A stretch of 32,000 nucleotides of DNA from Opitutales bacterium (GTDB taxonomy: Bacteria > Verrucomicrobiota > Verrucomicrobiia > Opitutales > UBA9783), in contig JBKSMP010000022.1 of NCBI GenBank assembly GCA_046881885.1, forward strand, positions 1 to 32,000. The letters run 5' to 3'. The position numbers and the translations under genes were made by a program. Numbering within the stretch: the first letter of the stretch is position 1; every line of letters begins with the position of its first letter. The notes beneath the pieces are model-generated. The model was not told where the DNA came from, made no database searches, and was given only the letters and a program-made list of their open reading frames with translations. Below are positions 1 to 7,820 of this stretch, one piece after another.

Positions 1-2592
1 AACAAACTTCGACACCAGGCCGGCGGATACGGCAGAAGCGACAAGGTTTTTTAGATAATTGCTATTAGAAATTTCCTTAAAGACTTTGCCTAAATCGCCA
101 GCATTGGCTAAGGTGGAAACGGAAAGGGTATTGGTGATCCCTTCCAATGCAGCTCCGGCACCTTTTGCAATTGCGGTGGACGTACTTGCCCAGTGCGTTG
201 CGACATATTCCGCACCCCAGCCAGCCGTACAAATCGCCAACCCTACCATTAGGAAGGTTCTTAAGGGAGTGCTCATGGTGGTCGTATGCTCCCGCCATTG
301 CTCATGTTGCTCCAAAACTTCCCGTAAATCTACCTCGTATACGTGGCATAAATCCACCACCCATGGGGCCAATTGGCCTTTTTTCACTTCCGCCATCAGC
401 CGGCCGACCACGCGAACATCATCGTATACCAGGATCGGCTCGATAACCTCTAGGTGATTGTAGCCTTCGTCATGGTTCGTTGTCGTAATCCAGCCACTAG
501 TACGATACTGCTCTTGCCGCATCGATCGCTCGCGGCCTGCTCCGAGTTTGACTTGACCACGTGTGCTTTCCAAATGCATTGTTCGGGTTCGAGCCTCCAT
601 GGCTACGGTTTCCAGGTCATCGTGGGCCTTTAAGGTCAGCTTTCGTCCAGCTTGTATTTTTGGCCGCTCGACCTTTTCCTTCATTTCCGTTTTTTGACCA
701 TCACTCGATCCCCAAAAATCGCTGCTATACCAGGTATAATGCGCATAGTCCATCTCAATAAACGGATGGATTTGCATAAGACCATGGGAGGATTTTACCG
801 AAACCTCCTCAATGCCATAAATTGTTGGAGCCACTAAAGTAAGCTTATTGCGGCTTTGCAGCTCAATGTTGCGCCCTGTTAATGCTGGATAAATACCGCT
901 ACGATGATGAATAAGGTGCGAACTATCAGCTTCATGCGCCTCGTCATGGTATTCCAAAACGGCCGGCATAACTTGCAGTACGTCTCCTGAGCTTAAGGTA
1001 ATATCCCCATCCGCAGCGATTTGACTACCCGTAACAACAAGCTGTTCCTTCGCATCCAAGCGAATGTCTCCACCGCTACGAATTTCCGCTTCGCCCCCTG
1101 TTATCGAATGAAATTGCTGATTACTGCCTTCACGACCGACTTGCGTCTCGCTCATAATCAGCGGTGCTTGCATGGCTACCCCTGTAGCCCCTTGGATCAA
1201 ACCATTCGTATTGGCAATACCTACTCCTGAACTTAAATTAACCGCTCCCGTGCGACTCAAAATACCACCGCCCTGATTGAGCAGCATCCCACCTGGAACT
1301 TGGATGTTTACATCTCCTCGCGTGGCTTCCATAAGCCCTTGATTCGCCCAATTGCTATCCGCTGTGAGATTGAAACTGCCTGCAATCACCATCGCAGGAT
1401 TGACATATAAAGACTTCATCGTCTCTTGGCACAAATACAGACGAATCGCATAGGTTTTTTGACCATCACAATTAAATTCTACCATCCAAACAATGTCTTT
1501 TTTCAGCTTACATTGCTCGCCCCAATTTAAATGCCGGCCGATATCCAACACAACACCGTCTTCCACACGTAGCCGATGATGTTCTTCAACCGTATTTAAG
1601 AAAAACTGCCATAATTGATCCGATTCATCCGTAAATTGCGGTAATAAGCGTCGTCCTGCCAAACGATGCATTTCACTGCGAATAATGAGAATCTCTTCAT
1701 CTGGGCTAAATAACGGCAAATCTTGCCCTTCTTGCTTGTATTTTTGGACCAACTCTCGGCAAACATTTCGTTGCTTAATGAGTTCTTTTTTTGCTTTTAA
1801 TTCCGCAAGCTGACAACGCCCGTTAACAATCAATTGTCCCTTAGTTGATGCTACTCCTGGTATAGTGCTGCAATCCCGTTCGCCATTCGTAAAAACCGCT
1901 CTCGGAGCTAAACAATCGTTATCACAAATAACCGTTCCGTAGTTTCTAACACTTGTAAGCTCAGGTAACTGTATTGTCCCAACTTGCATCCGACTTCTGT
2001 GATAGGTTAATAGTTCCGGCAAGGTTCCCATGAAACTTCCAGAAACCCTTAACGTGCTATCCTTGTCTAACGAGAAAATAGGAAAATTGACCGTAAGATC
2101 TCCGTTAATAACCACCTCTCCACGTGCCGACAACGAAACAATAGCTTTGGCAGGTTTTGTCTTATTACTGGCAACAATGTTACCATTCAAAATAAGGCCT
2201 GCATCATGTCCTAAAATAACTCTATTGGCATGTATAGTTAAATTATCGTCACTTTGTCCACTTATTACAACTCCATCCAGACGCCAATCATCACGCATCC
2301 AGACTTGCAAATTCCCAAGTCGTATCCCTAAACCACCTGCTACGCTTCTGTCCAAAGGTGCCCAAGGCGCTTCCTTCCCTTGAAAATATAACGAGGTCTG
2401 CTTTAATTTATCTGTTTTCTTAAAAAAGGTATATCGGACATTACCAACTTCTACTCCAACAGGATTAAAACGCTTGATTTGCAAAACATACTGATTGCTT
2501 GTCTTATTTAAATCAATATCATACGTATCTGCTAAAAGCTTACTGCTCGCAAAACTTGCTAATACTGCTATTAACCAGAAAACCTTCTTCAT
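1..2592 (-). CDS. Large secreted beta-helical exoprotein, filamentous-haemagglutinin/CdiA-like. N-terminal 864 codons only; the ORF continues past the left edge.
   Basis: Absent from the ORF track because it has no stop in the window. I translated the minus strand by hand from the ATG (complement of 2590-2592) to position 1 and found no stop in 864 codons. The N-terminus MKKVFWLIAVLASFASSKLLA/DTY looks like a Sec signal peptide. The body has FHA-repeat texture (SGGDIRLDAKEQLVVTGSQIAADGDITLSSGDVL; GRNIELQSRNKLTLVAP; AGRKLTLKAHDDLETVA). The last in-window residues (STLANAGDLGKVFKEISNSNYLKNLVASAVSAGL) resemble the DUF637 (PF04830) motif of FhaB/CdiA proteins, recalled from memory and not searched. 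Confidence 0.7.
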   Translation of the reverse strand, partial: MKKVFWLIAVLASFASSKLLADTYDIDLNKTSNQYVLQIKRFNPVGVEVGNVRYTFFKKTDKLKQTSLYFQGKEAPWAPLDRSVAGGLGIRLGNLQVWMRDDWRLDGVVISGQSDDNLTIHANRVILGHDAGLILNGNIVASNKTKPAKAIVSLSARGEVVINGDLTVNFPIFSLDKDSTLRVSGSFMGTLPELLTYHRSRMQVGTIQLPELTSVRNYGTVICDNDCLAPRAVFTNGERDCSTIPGVASTKGQLIVNGRCQLAELKAKKELIKQRNVCRELVQKYKQEGQDLPLFSPDEEILIIRSEMHRLAGRRLLPQFTDESDQLWQFFLNTVEEHHRLRVEDGVVLDIGRHLNWGEQCKLKKDIVWMVEFNCDGQKTYAIRLYLCQETMKSLYVNPAMVIAGSFNLTADSNWANQGLMEATRGDVNIQVPGGMLLNQGGGILSRTGAVNLSSGVGIANTNGLIQGATGVAMQAPLIMSETQVGREGSNQQFHSITGGEAEIRSGGDIRLDAKEQLVVTGSQIAADGDITLSSGDVLQVMPAVLEYHDEAHEADSSHLIHHRSGIYPALTGRNIELQSRNKLTLVAPTIYGIEEVSVKSSHGLMQIHPFIEMDYAHYTWYSSDFWGSSDGQKTEMKEKVERPKIQAGRKLTLKAHDDLETVAMEARTRTMHLESTRGQVKLGAGRERSMRQEQYRTSGWITTTNHDEGYNHLEVIEPILVYDDVRVVGRLMAEVKKGQLAPWVVDLCHVYEVDLREVLEQHEQWREHTTTMSTPLRTFLMVGLAICTAGWGAEYVATHWASTSTAIAKGAGAALEGITNTLSVSTLANAGDLGKVFKEISNSNYLKNLVASAVSAGLVSKFV

Positions 2593-2682
2593 GTCCTTTA
2601 TTCCTTTCAATACAATTTTTATTTCTTTGTAAATGTTTTTCTCTTCTTTTTAGCGGAGGTATCCTCTCCGCTAATACTTTTA

Positions 2683-4230
2683 TTATTGTTCTGGTGTTAA
2701 CGACCGTGAAGGTGCTCCGGATGGCGCTGCCGATCGTGCTTGTCGCAATTCTTGTTGCCGTACCATCGTCTGAAATACAGGATTTACTTTCATAGCCTGC
2801 AAATTCTCTTCATATTCCGCTTCATCTACTAACAACATTAACGGTATTCCTCTTTCATCTGCTAATCTTTCAAGCGCATTTTTATGCTGCTCATACTTCG
2901 CTTCTGTCGCTTTTATCACTACGGCCTGTGTCGTGTCCGCTTTGCCATTAATGAATGTTTCGATCTTTCCGGTACTCGTTCCTAATAACTCTAAGGTTGA
3001 AGGAATTTTTTCGTGAATAGATGTTTGGGTATTCGCATGAACAAAAGAATCCCAATATACAGTACGACCTCCTCCACCAAAAACATTGCCTTTAAAATAT
3101 GCAGACCTTGTATTTAAAACATATGACATAATTTGCTGATGGGTTGCATAAGCTTTTATGTTTATTGTACTTTGTACTCTCAAAGCATTACCGATAAAAA
3201 GATGACTGCAAATAACTTGAGAGCTTTGATTTAATCCCAAGGATCCCAAAACACAAAAATTGGATGGCCTCCCTTGTCTTTGTGTGAAACTTTGGATGTT
3301 TGTGATTACCCTTTTACAGTTTAAACAACGATCTCGAAAACCCCACTCATAGCCGCTTGGATTACGAGTACCTTTAGGATCAAATTGTAATTCTCCATTC
3401 CAATTTAATAAAAAACTTCTATTGTCCGTTACAAGGTTTCCTGAAGTATCTTGTAGCACCCTTTTGCTTTCTTTAAAAGCTCCAATTTGGGGTTCAAACT
3501 CACTCTTATTATTTAAGGCTTTTAACGTACAATTACCTCCGACTTGGACCTGACCGCCTGCTATATTATTAAAGGTACAGGGCTCGCCTTTCCAATCCAA
3601 AACACAAGCGATATTTCCTCGATTGTTAACTTCCGTTGCTGGTGATACAAGATCTGCACGTTGCATTGCAAAATTCCCATTTACCTCATTGGTGAATTTC
3701 TGCAAAGCCATCACTTGCCATCCTTGTCCAACAACAATCGTTCCTTTGTTCTGAATAGCTGTTAGCAAACAGGTCCAATCTTGACCAATCCTTAATTCCC
3801 CTTCATTTTCAAACAAAATGCTCTTATTGAGAAACAAACTTTCTGTAACTTCTAAACGGCTACCTTTTGCAATCTTACAAGCCCCTTCATGTTCAAAGTA
3901 CAAGCTTCCATCCCAATTCCCAGCTAAATAAAAACCACCTGAAGTTAGGTTTAGATTCAATCCATCGATCGAAAATCGAACGCCTTTTTCTGGTTGCGTT
4001 ATATCGACTTGTGTCCGATAATCTCCTGGAATAGCTTCGGCCACTTGCCAATTCGCCCCAACTTTTTGAACTTTGATCGCTTCTGTATTTTCACTCCCAG
4101 CAAAATGAACCGTCAATGTCGTAACACTTCCAGAGGTTTTGCTTGTGATTTGTACCATTTCCGCATGCGTTAAGCATATAGAGCCGACTAAATTGCCAGC
4201 TAATACTATCGTTTTGTTTATCTTTATCAT
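2683..4230 (-). CDS. Secreted repeat-rich (beta-helix-like) protein of unknown function, 515 aa, probably co-transcribed with the downstream haemagglutinin-like gene
   Basis: Long ORF in the track. The N-terminus MIKINKTIVLAGNLVGSICLTHA/EM is signal-peptide-like. It is Gly/Asn-rich with alternating short beta-strand-like segments (GTIVVGQGWQV, GGQVQVGGNCTL). The C-terminal tail is acidic and possibly coiled (EAKYEQHKNALERLADERG...). I recognise no family motif. Confidence 0.6.
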   Translation of the reverse strand: MIKINKTIVLAGNLVGSICLTHAEMVQITSKTSGSVTTLTVHFAGSENTEAIKVQKVGANWQVAEAIPGDYRTQVDITQPEKGVRFSIDGLNLNLTSGGFYLAGNWDGSLYFEHEGACKIAKGSRLEVTESLFLNKSILFENEGELRIGQDWTCLLTAIQNKGTIVVGQGWQVMALQKFTNEVNGNFAMQRADLVSPATEVNNRGNIACVLDWKGEPCTFNNIAGGQVQVGGNCTLKALNNKSEFEPQIGAFKESKRVLQDTSGNLVTDNRSFLLNWNGELQFDPKGTRNPSGYEWGFRDRCLNCKRVITNIQSFTQRQGRPSNFCVLGSLGLNQSSQVICSHLFIGNALRVQSTINIKAYATHQQIMSYVLNTRSAYFKGNVFGGGGRTVYWDSFVHANTQTSIHEKIPSTLELLGTSTGKIETFINGKADTTQAVVIKATEAKYEQHKNALERLADERGIPLMLLVDEAEYEENLQAMKVNPVFQTMVRQQELRQARSAAPSGAPSRSLTPEQ

Positions 4231-4477
4231 CTTGGATAAAAAAAGTACTAACTAAGCCTAGGATTCTTCCCATGATCTGCTCAAAAATATTTATGAAAAT
4301 TTCAACAAATTCACTGCTCGCACCAAAAAAACACTCTCTAAGTCTTGGTACTAACTTTAGACAACCTACTGCCCCTCTTAAATGACCAAAATGACCACAA
4401 TCTTTTCTTAAAATAAAATCTCTAAATCTTGTAAAACTTAAAAACCAAAAGAAAATCCATAACAAGATGCTTTTCAT
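4091..4477 (-). CDS. Hypothetical 128-aa ORF with a hydrophobic N-terminus; may be spurious or a leader/frameshift remnant
   Basis: ORF in the track. It overlaps the start of the 515-aa gene by 140 nt in another frame. The N-terminus is MKSILLWIFFWFLSF. I recognise no motif. A minus-strand TTGACA -35 element lies about 60 nt upstream. Confidence 0.25.
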   Translation of the reverse strand: MKSILLWIFFWFLSFTRFRDFILRKDCGHFGHLRGAVGCLKLVPRLRECFFGASSEFVEIFINIFEQIMGRILGLVSTFFIQDDKDKQNDSISWQFSRLYMLNACGNGTNHKQNLWKCYDIDGSFCWE

Positions 4478-4515
4478 TCGAACTTTTTTACTTTACCCCA
4501 GACCTTCTACTAGAG

Positions 4516-4544
4516 AAGTAAAAAAGCTTCAAAATCTTTGTCAA
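4516..4544 (-). promoter_or_regulatory. Candidate sigma70-type promoter for the minus-strand exoprotein locus: consensus -35, weak -10
   Basis: The minus strand reads TTGACA (complement of 4539-4544), a 17-nt spacer, then TTACTT (complement of 4516-4521). The -10 is poor, which would fit an activator-dependent promoter. Confidence 0.3.
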
Positions 4545-4620
4545 GCGCTTTTTCGTAAAAATGTAACGTTTTTATATTTATACAAATGTTTCTAGTTTTT
4601 TAAAACATAATCTTTGTTTT

Positions 4621-4722
4621 TGTCACAACTGTCACAAGCTGTCACATTTCGATGTTGTGACAATATTTCGCAGTATTTATGCAGACTTGAGGACGTTTTT
4701 GATATCTGTCACATTTGTCACA
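4621..4722. promoter_or_regulatory. Array of six copies of the near-palindromic heptamer TGTCACA/TGTGACA; candidate transcription-factor binding array
   Basis: Exact TGTCACA at 4621-4627, 4630-4636, 4640-4646, 4707-4713 and 4716-4722. The inverted form TGTGACA is at 4656-4662. Spacing within the clusters is 9-10 bp. The array lies 75-180 bp upstream of the candidate minus-strand -35. Confidence 0.55.
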
Positions 4723-4999
4723 GAGGGGGAAATCGTAATAACCGATCGTAAACTTCCACCGCGGAAAATTTTAAGAATACTCATTTAACCCAAAAACAGA
4801 TATTATGGAGGAAACATTTGCTGGGATCTGCAACATTATTCATATGCCCTCAGTAAAAAATTCTACCCTATAACAAAAGCAACACAAAAACCTTATCTCA
4901 CTAGATATATTTTGATAAAATTTTATCTGAAAGGTTGCAATAGGGTTGCAACAGAAATAATACGCACAAAAGCCAACTTACGCTATCCCGCATAAACAT

Positions 5000-5076
<77 letters not shown>

Positions 5077-5175
5077 ATAAGCAATGATTTAATAAGAAGA
5101 GATTTTTTATCGCTTGTCAAGAAATTTATATATTTTTAGCTTTTCACTTTGAAAGATTTTTGGCTAAATAGCTTT

Positions 5176-6525
5176 ATGTTTGAAGTATTATCGGATCGTT
5201 TTACAAAGATTTTTTCGAAATTATCAAAGAAACGCAATTTGACTGAGAGTAACATTGCGGAAACATTAGAAGACATAAAAAAGGCCTTATTAGCTTCAGA
5301 CGTTAATTTTGAAGTTGTACAAAAATTCATTGGGGAAATCAAAGAGGAGTGCATTGGGCAACGCGTTTTTAAAAATGTAAAACCAGGCCAACAAGTTGTT
5401 AAGATTGTTTATGATAAATTAAGGGAAATTTTAAGTAATGAACAATCCGAGATCGATTCTAAAAGACCATTACGGATCATGATGGTTGGCTTGCATGGTG
5501 CTGGAAAAACGACCACAAGTGCCAAATTAGCCAAATGGCTTAAAAAGCAAGGCGAACAACCGGCTTTGGTTGCATGCGATATCCATAGGCCAGCGGCTAT
5601 AGATCAGTTAAAAACCTTAGGTGAGCAAATTGAAGTGCCTGTTTTAGCTTATGGCCAGATTTCCGTTGAAGAAATTGCGGCTAAAGCTTTAGAAGAAACA
5701 AAGAAAAACACGGTTACGATTTTTGATACCGCAGGTCGCTTACAAATGGATGAAGCACTTATTCAAGAGGCTAAGCTTCTTAAAGAAAAAGTCCAACCTC
5801 ATGAGGTTTTTCTGGTCATCGATAGCGCTTTAGGGCAAGAAGCCGTAAATATTGCCAAAGCTTTTAACGAAGCACTCGGACTCACAGGTGTTATTTTAAC
5901 CAAATTGGATGGAGACACCAAAGGTGGTGCGGCTTTATCTATGAAATACGCCGTTCAATTGCCTATAAAGTTTTCTGGTATTGGAGAAAAGCTCGAAGAT
6001 TTTGAAAAGTTTTATCCAGATCGCATGGCCAGCCGTATTTTGGGTATGGGAGACGTTATTTCGTTAGTTGAAAAAGCTCAGGAGGAGATTGCTAGCGATA
6101 CCGTTGAAACGATTACCAAACGTTTGTTTGATGGAGAATTCAATTTAGAAGATTTTCTTTCACAAGTTCAACAAATGAAAAAATTAGGTAGCCATGGTCT
6201 AGGAAAATGGTTGCCATCTCTGCCTGCCTTTCAAAACATGGACCAACAAAACGAAGAAATTAAGCAGTTTGAAACCTTGATTTTATCCATGACACCACAA
6301 GAACGTCGGCAACCAAATTTGTTGATCTCTTCTTATCGAAAAATGCGAATTGTTAAGGGGGCCGGAATGACAATCGCCGACTTTAATAAGTTAATAAAGC
6401 GCTTTCAATTGATGAAAAAAATGTCTCAAAAAATAAGAAAATCGGATCCCAGCAAATTAAGACAAATGTTTGAACGGTTTTCCAACGGAACATCTTTTCT
6501 TAGCGACCACAAATTTTTCAAATGA
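5176..6525 (+). CDS. ffh: Signal recognition particle protein Ffh
   Basis: The track ORF is 5149..6525. I prefer the ATG at 5176 because MFEVLSDRFTKIFSKL matches the usual Ffh N-terminus. GTPase motifs are present (GLHGAGKTTT, DTAGR, TKLDGD), followed by a Met-rich M domain. Confidence 0.95.
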   Translation: MFEVLSDRFTKIFSKLSKKRNLTESNIAETLEDIKKALLASDVNFEVVQKFIGEIKEECIGQRVFKNVKPGQQVVKIVYDKLREILSNEQSEIDSKRPLRIMMVGLHGAGKTTTSAKLAKWLKKQGEQPALVACDIHRPAAIDQLKTLGEQIEVPVLAYGQISVEEIAAKALEETKKNTVTIFDTAGRLQMDEALIQEAKLLKEKVQPHEVFLVIDSALGQEAVNIAKAFNEALGLTGVILTKLDGDTKGGAALSMKYAVQLPIKFSGIGEKLEDFEKFYPDRMASRILGMGDVISLVEKAQEEIASDTVETITKRLFDGEFNLEDFLSQVQQMKKLGSHGLGKWLPSLPAFQNMDQQNEEIKQFETLILSMTPQERRQPNLLISSYRKMRIVKGAGMTIADFNKLIKRFQLMKKMSQKIRKSDPSKLRQMFERFSNGTSFLSDHKFFK

Positions 6526-7019
6526 TTAAATCTCTGTTTGCTTTTATTCCATCACGTTGGATTCTCAATGCAGCTACTTTGGGAAAAATAGGTTTTTTGG
6601 GGAAAATGCCTGGTACCAACGGAAGTTTTGTGGGACTTATTTATTATACGCTTTTTTTTCACACGTTATCCCCCTTAGCGTATTTACTATGGGCAGGAAT
6701 AACGACCTATATCGCTTGTGTCATCTGCACACGGGCTGAACTCCTTCTGGGGAAAAAAGATCCTAGCTGCGTGATTTTAGACGAAATGGTTGCTATACCT
6801 TTTTGTTTCCTAGGTCTTCAATTTCAAATGCAAATCTATCCTGTTTGGGCTTTTATGTTGCTGGGATTTCTTTTATTCCGGTTTTTTGATATCGTAAAAC
6901 CCTTTGGTATAAAAAAACTCCAGCAATTAGATGGCGGTTTGGGGGTTGTTATTGATGATGTTGCTGCCGCTTTAGCAAGCTGTTGTTGCCTTCACCTTAT
7001 TCTGATAGTTCTTGCATGA
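6522..7019 (+). CDS. pgpA: Phosphatidylglycerophosphatase A
   Basis: PgpA-like motifs are present (GKMPGTNGSFVGL, ILDEMVA, FRFFDIVKPFGI, GVVIDDVAAAL). The start overlaps the ffh stop by 4 nt (ATGA). Confidence 0.85.
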   Translation: MIKSLFAFIPSRWILNAATLGKIGFLGKMPGTNGSFVGLIYYTLFFHTLSPLAYLLWAGITTYIACVICTRAELLLGKKDPSCVILDEMVAIPFCFLGLQFQMQIYPVWAFMLLGFLLFRFFDIVKPFGIKKLQQLDGGLGVVIDDVAAALASCCCLHLILIVLA

Positions 7020-7765
7020 CCGTAGATTTAAAAGTATTGGGAAGTAGTAGTTCCGGCAATTGCGGTCTTGTGGTCCATCAAGGAAGTTATTACCTCATTG
7101 ACGCTGGATTTTCTGGTAAAAAGATTGCTGAAAAGTTGGCACCATTTGGCATTTCTTTGGACGATTTATCGGGTATTTTTATTACCCATGAACATCAAGA
7201 TCACATCTTAGGCTTAAAGCGACTCAGTAAGCTAAAACACTTGAAATTTTACGCTAATTATAAAACCGCTCAGGCGATTGAAGATCGTTTGCAATTAAAT
7301 GCGCATTGGACCATTTTTGAAACTGGAGAGATTTTCGCGGTTGATGGGTTATCGGTGATTGGTTTTGGTATTCCACATGATGCTAAAGACCCTGTAGGCT
7401 ATTTTTTCAAGTCAGAAACCGATAGCTGTGTTTGGGCAACGGATATTGGACATATTACACCAAAGCTCTCTCAATTGCTCGTAAAAGCACGCAAATTAGT
7501 CTTAGAATCGAACCATGAAATACAATTACTTTGGAATCATCCGACACGGCCTCAATATCTTAAAGAACGTATTGCAGGTCCCTATGGGCATTTATCCAAT
7601 CAAGAAGTCTTTCACTTTATAAAAAACACACCGCATACCTGGAAATCGATTTGCTTGGCCCATATTAGCAAAGATTGTAACTCTGTTGCGCATATGCAAA
7701 AACTGTTCCAACCGCTTGCAGAAGAACAACAATTTGAATTGGAGATTGTCGATCCTGTATTTTAA
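7016..7765 (+). CDS. MBL-fold metallo-hydrolase (YycJ/PhnP-like)
   Basis: The HxHxDH motif is present (ITHEHQDHILGL), and the N-terminus GSSSSGNCGLV is typical of this subgroup. I chose the ATG at 7016, which forms an ATGA overlap with the pgpA stop, over the track start at 6983. Confidence 0.8.
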   Translation: MTVDLKVLGSSSSGNCGLVVHQGSYYLIDAGFSGKKIAEKLAPFGISLDDLSGIFITHEHQDHILGLKRLSKLKHLKFYANYKTAQAIEDRLQLNAHWTIFETGEIFAVDGLSVIGFGIPHDAKDPVGYFFKSETDSCVWATDIGHITPKLSQLLVKARKLVLESNHEIQLLWNHPTRPQYLKERIAGPYGHLSNQEVFHFIKNTPHTWKSICLAHISKDCNSVAHMQKLFQPLAEEQQFELEIVDPVF

Positions 7766-7820
7766 TCCTTTCTTACTTTACATTTTATAATTATTTACTA
7801 AAGCTTATTAAACATACATC

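Noticed and set aside
59-2795. Plus-strand track ORFs 59..457, 147..446, 561..761, 652..837, 1021..1230, 2030..2383 and 2499..2795, and the minus-strand ORF 77..298
   Set aside because: All lie inside or antisense to the 864-codon minus-strand exoprotein ORF. They have low-complexity, Pro/Arg/Ser-rich or Cys-rich translations typical of shadow frames.
4933-4951. Tandem GGTTGCAA-N3-GGTTGCAA downstream of tRNA-Met, and the similar TTGCAACCTTGCAA at 27505-27518 just after rsmE, considered as a dispersed repeat or uptake-type signal
   Set aside because: There are only two loci, with different spacing (11 vs 8 bp). TTGCAA is a short palindrome that is common in AT-rich DNA. Both may simply be weak 3' hairpins.
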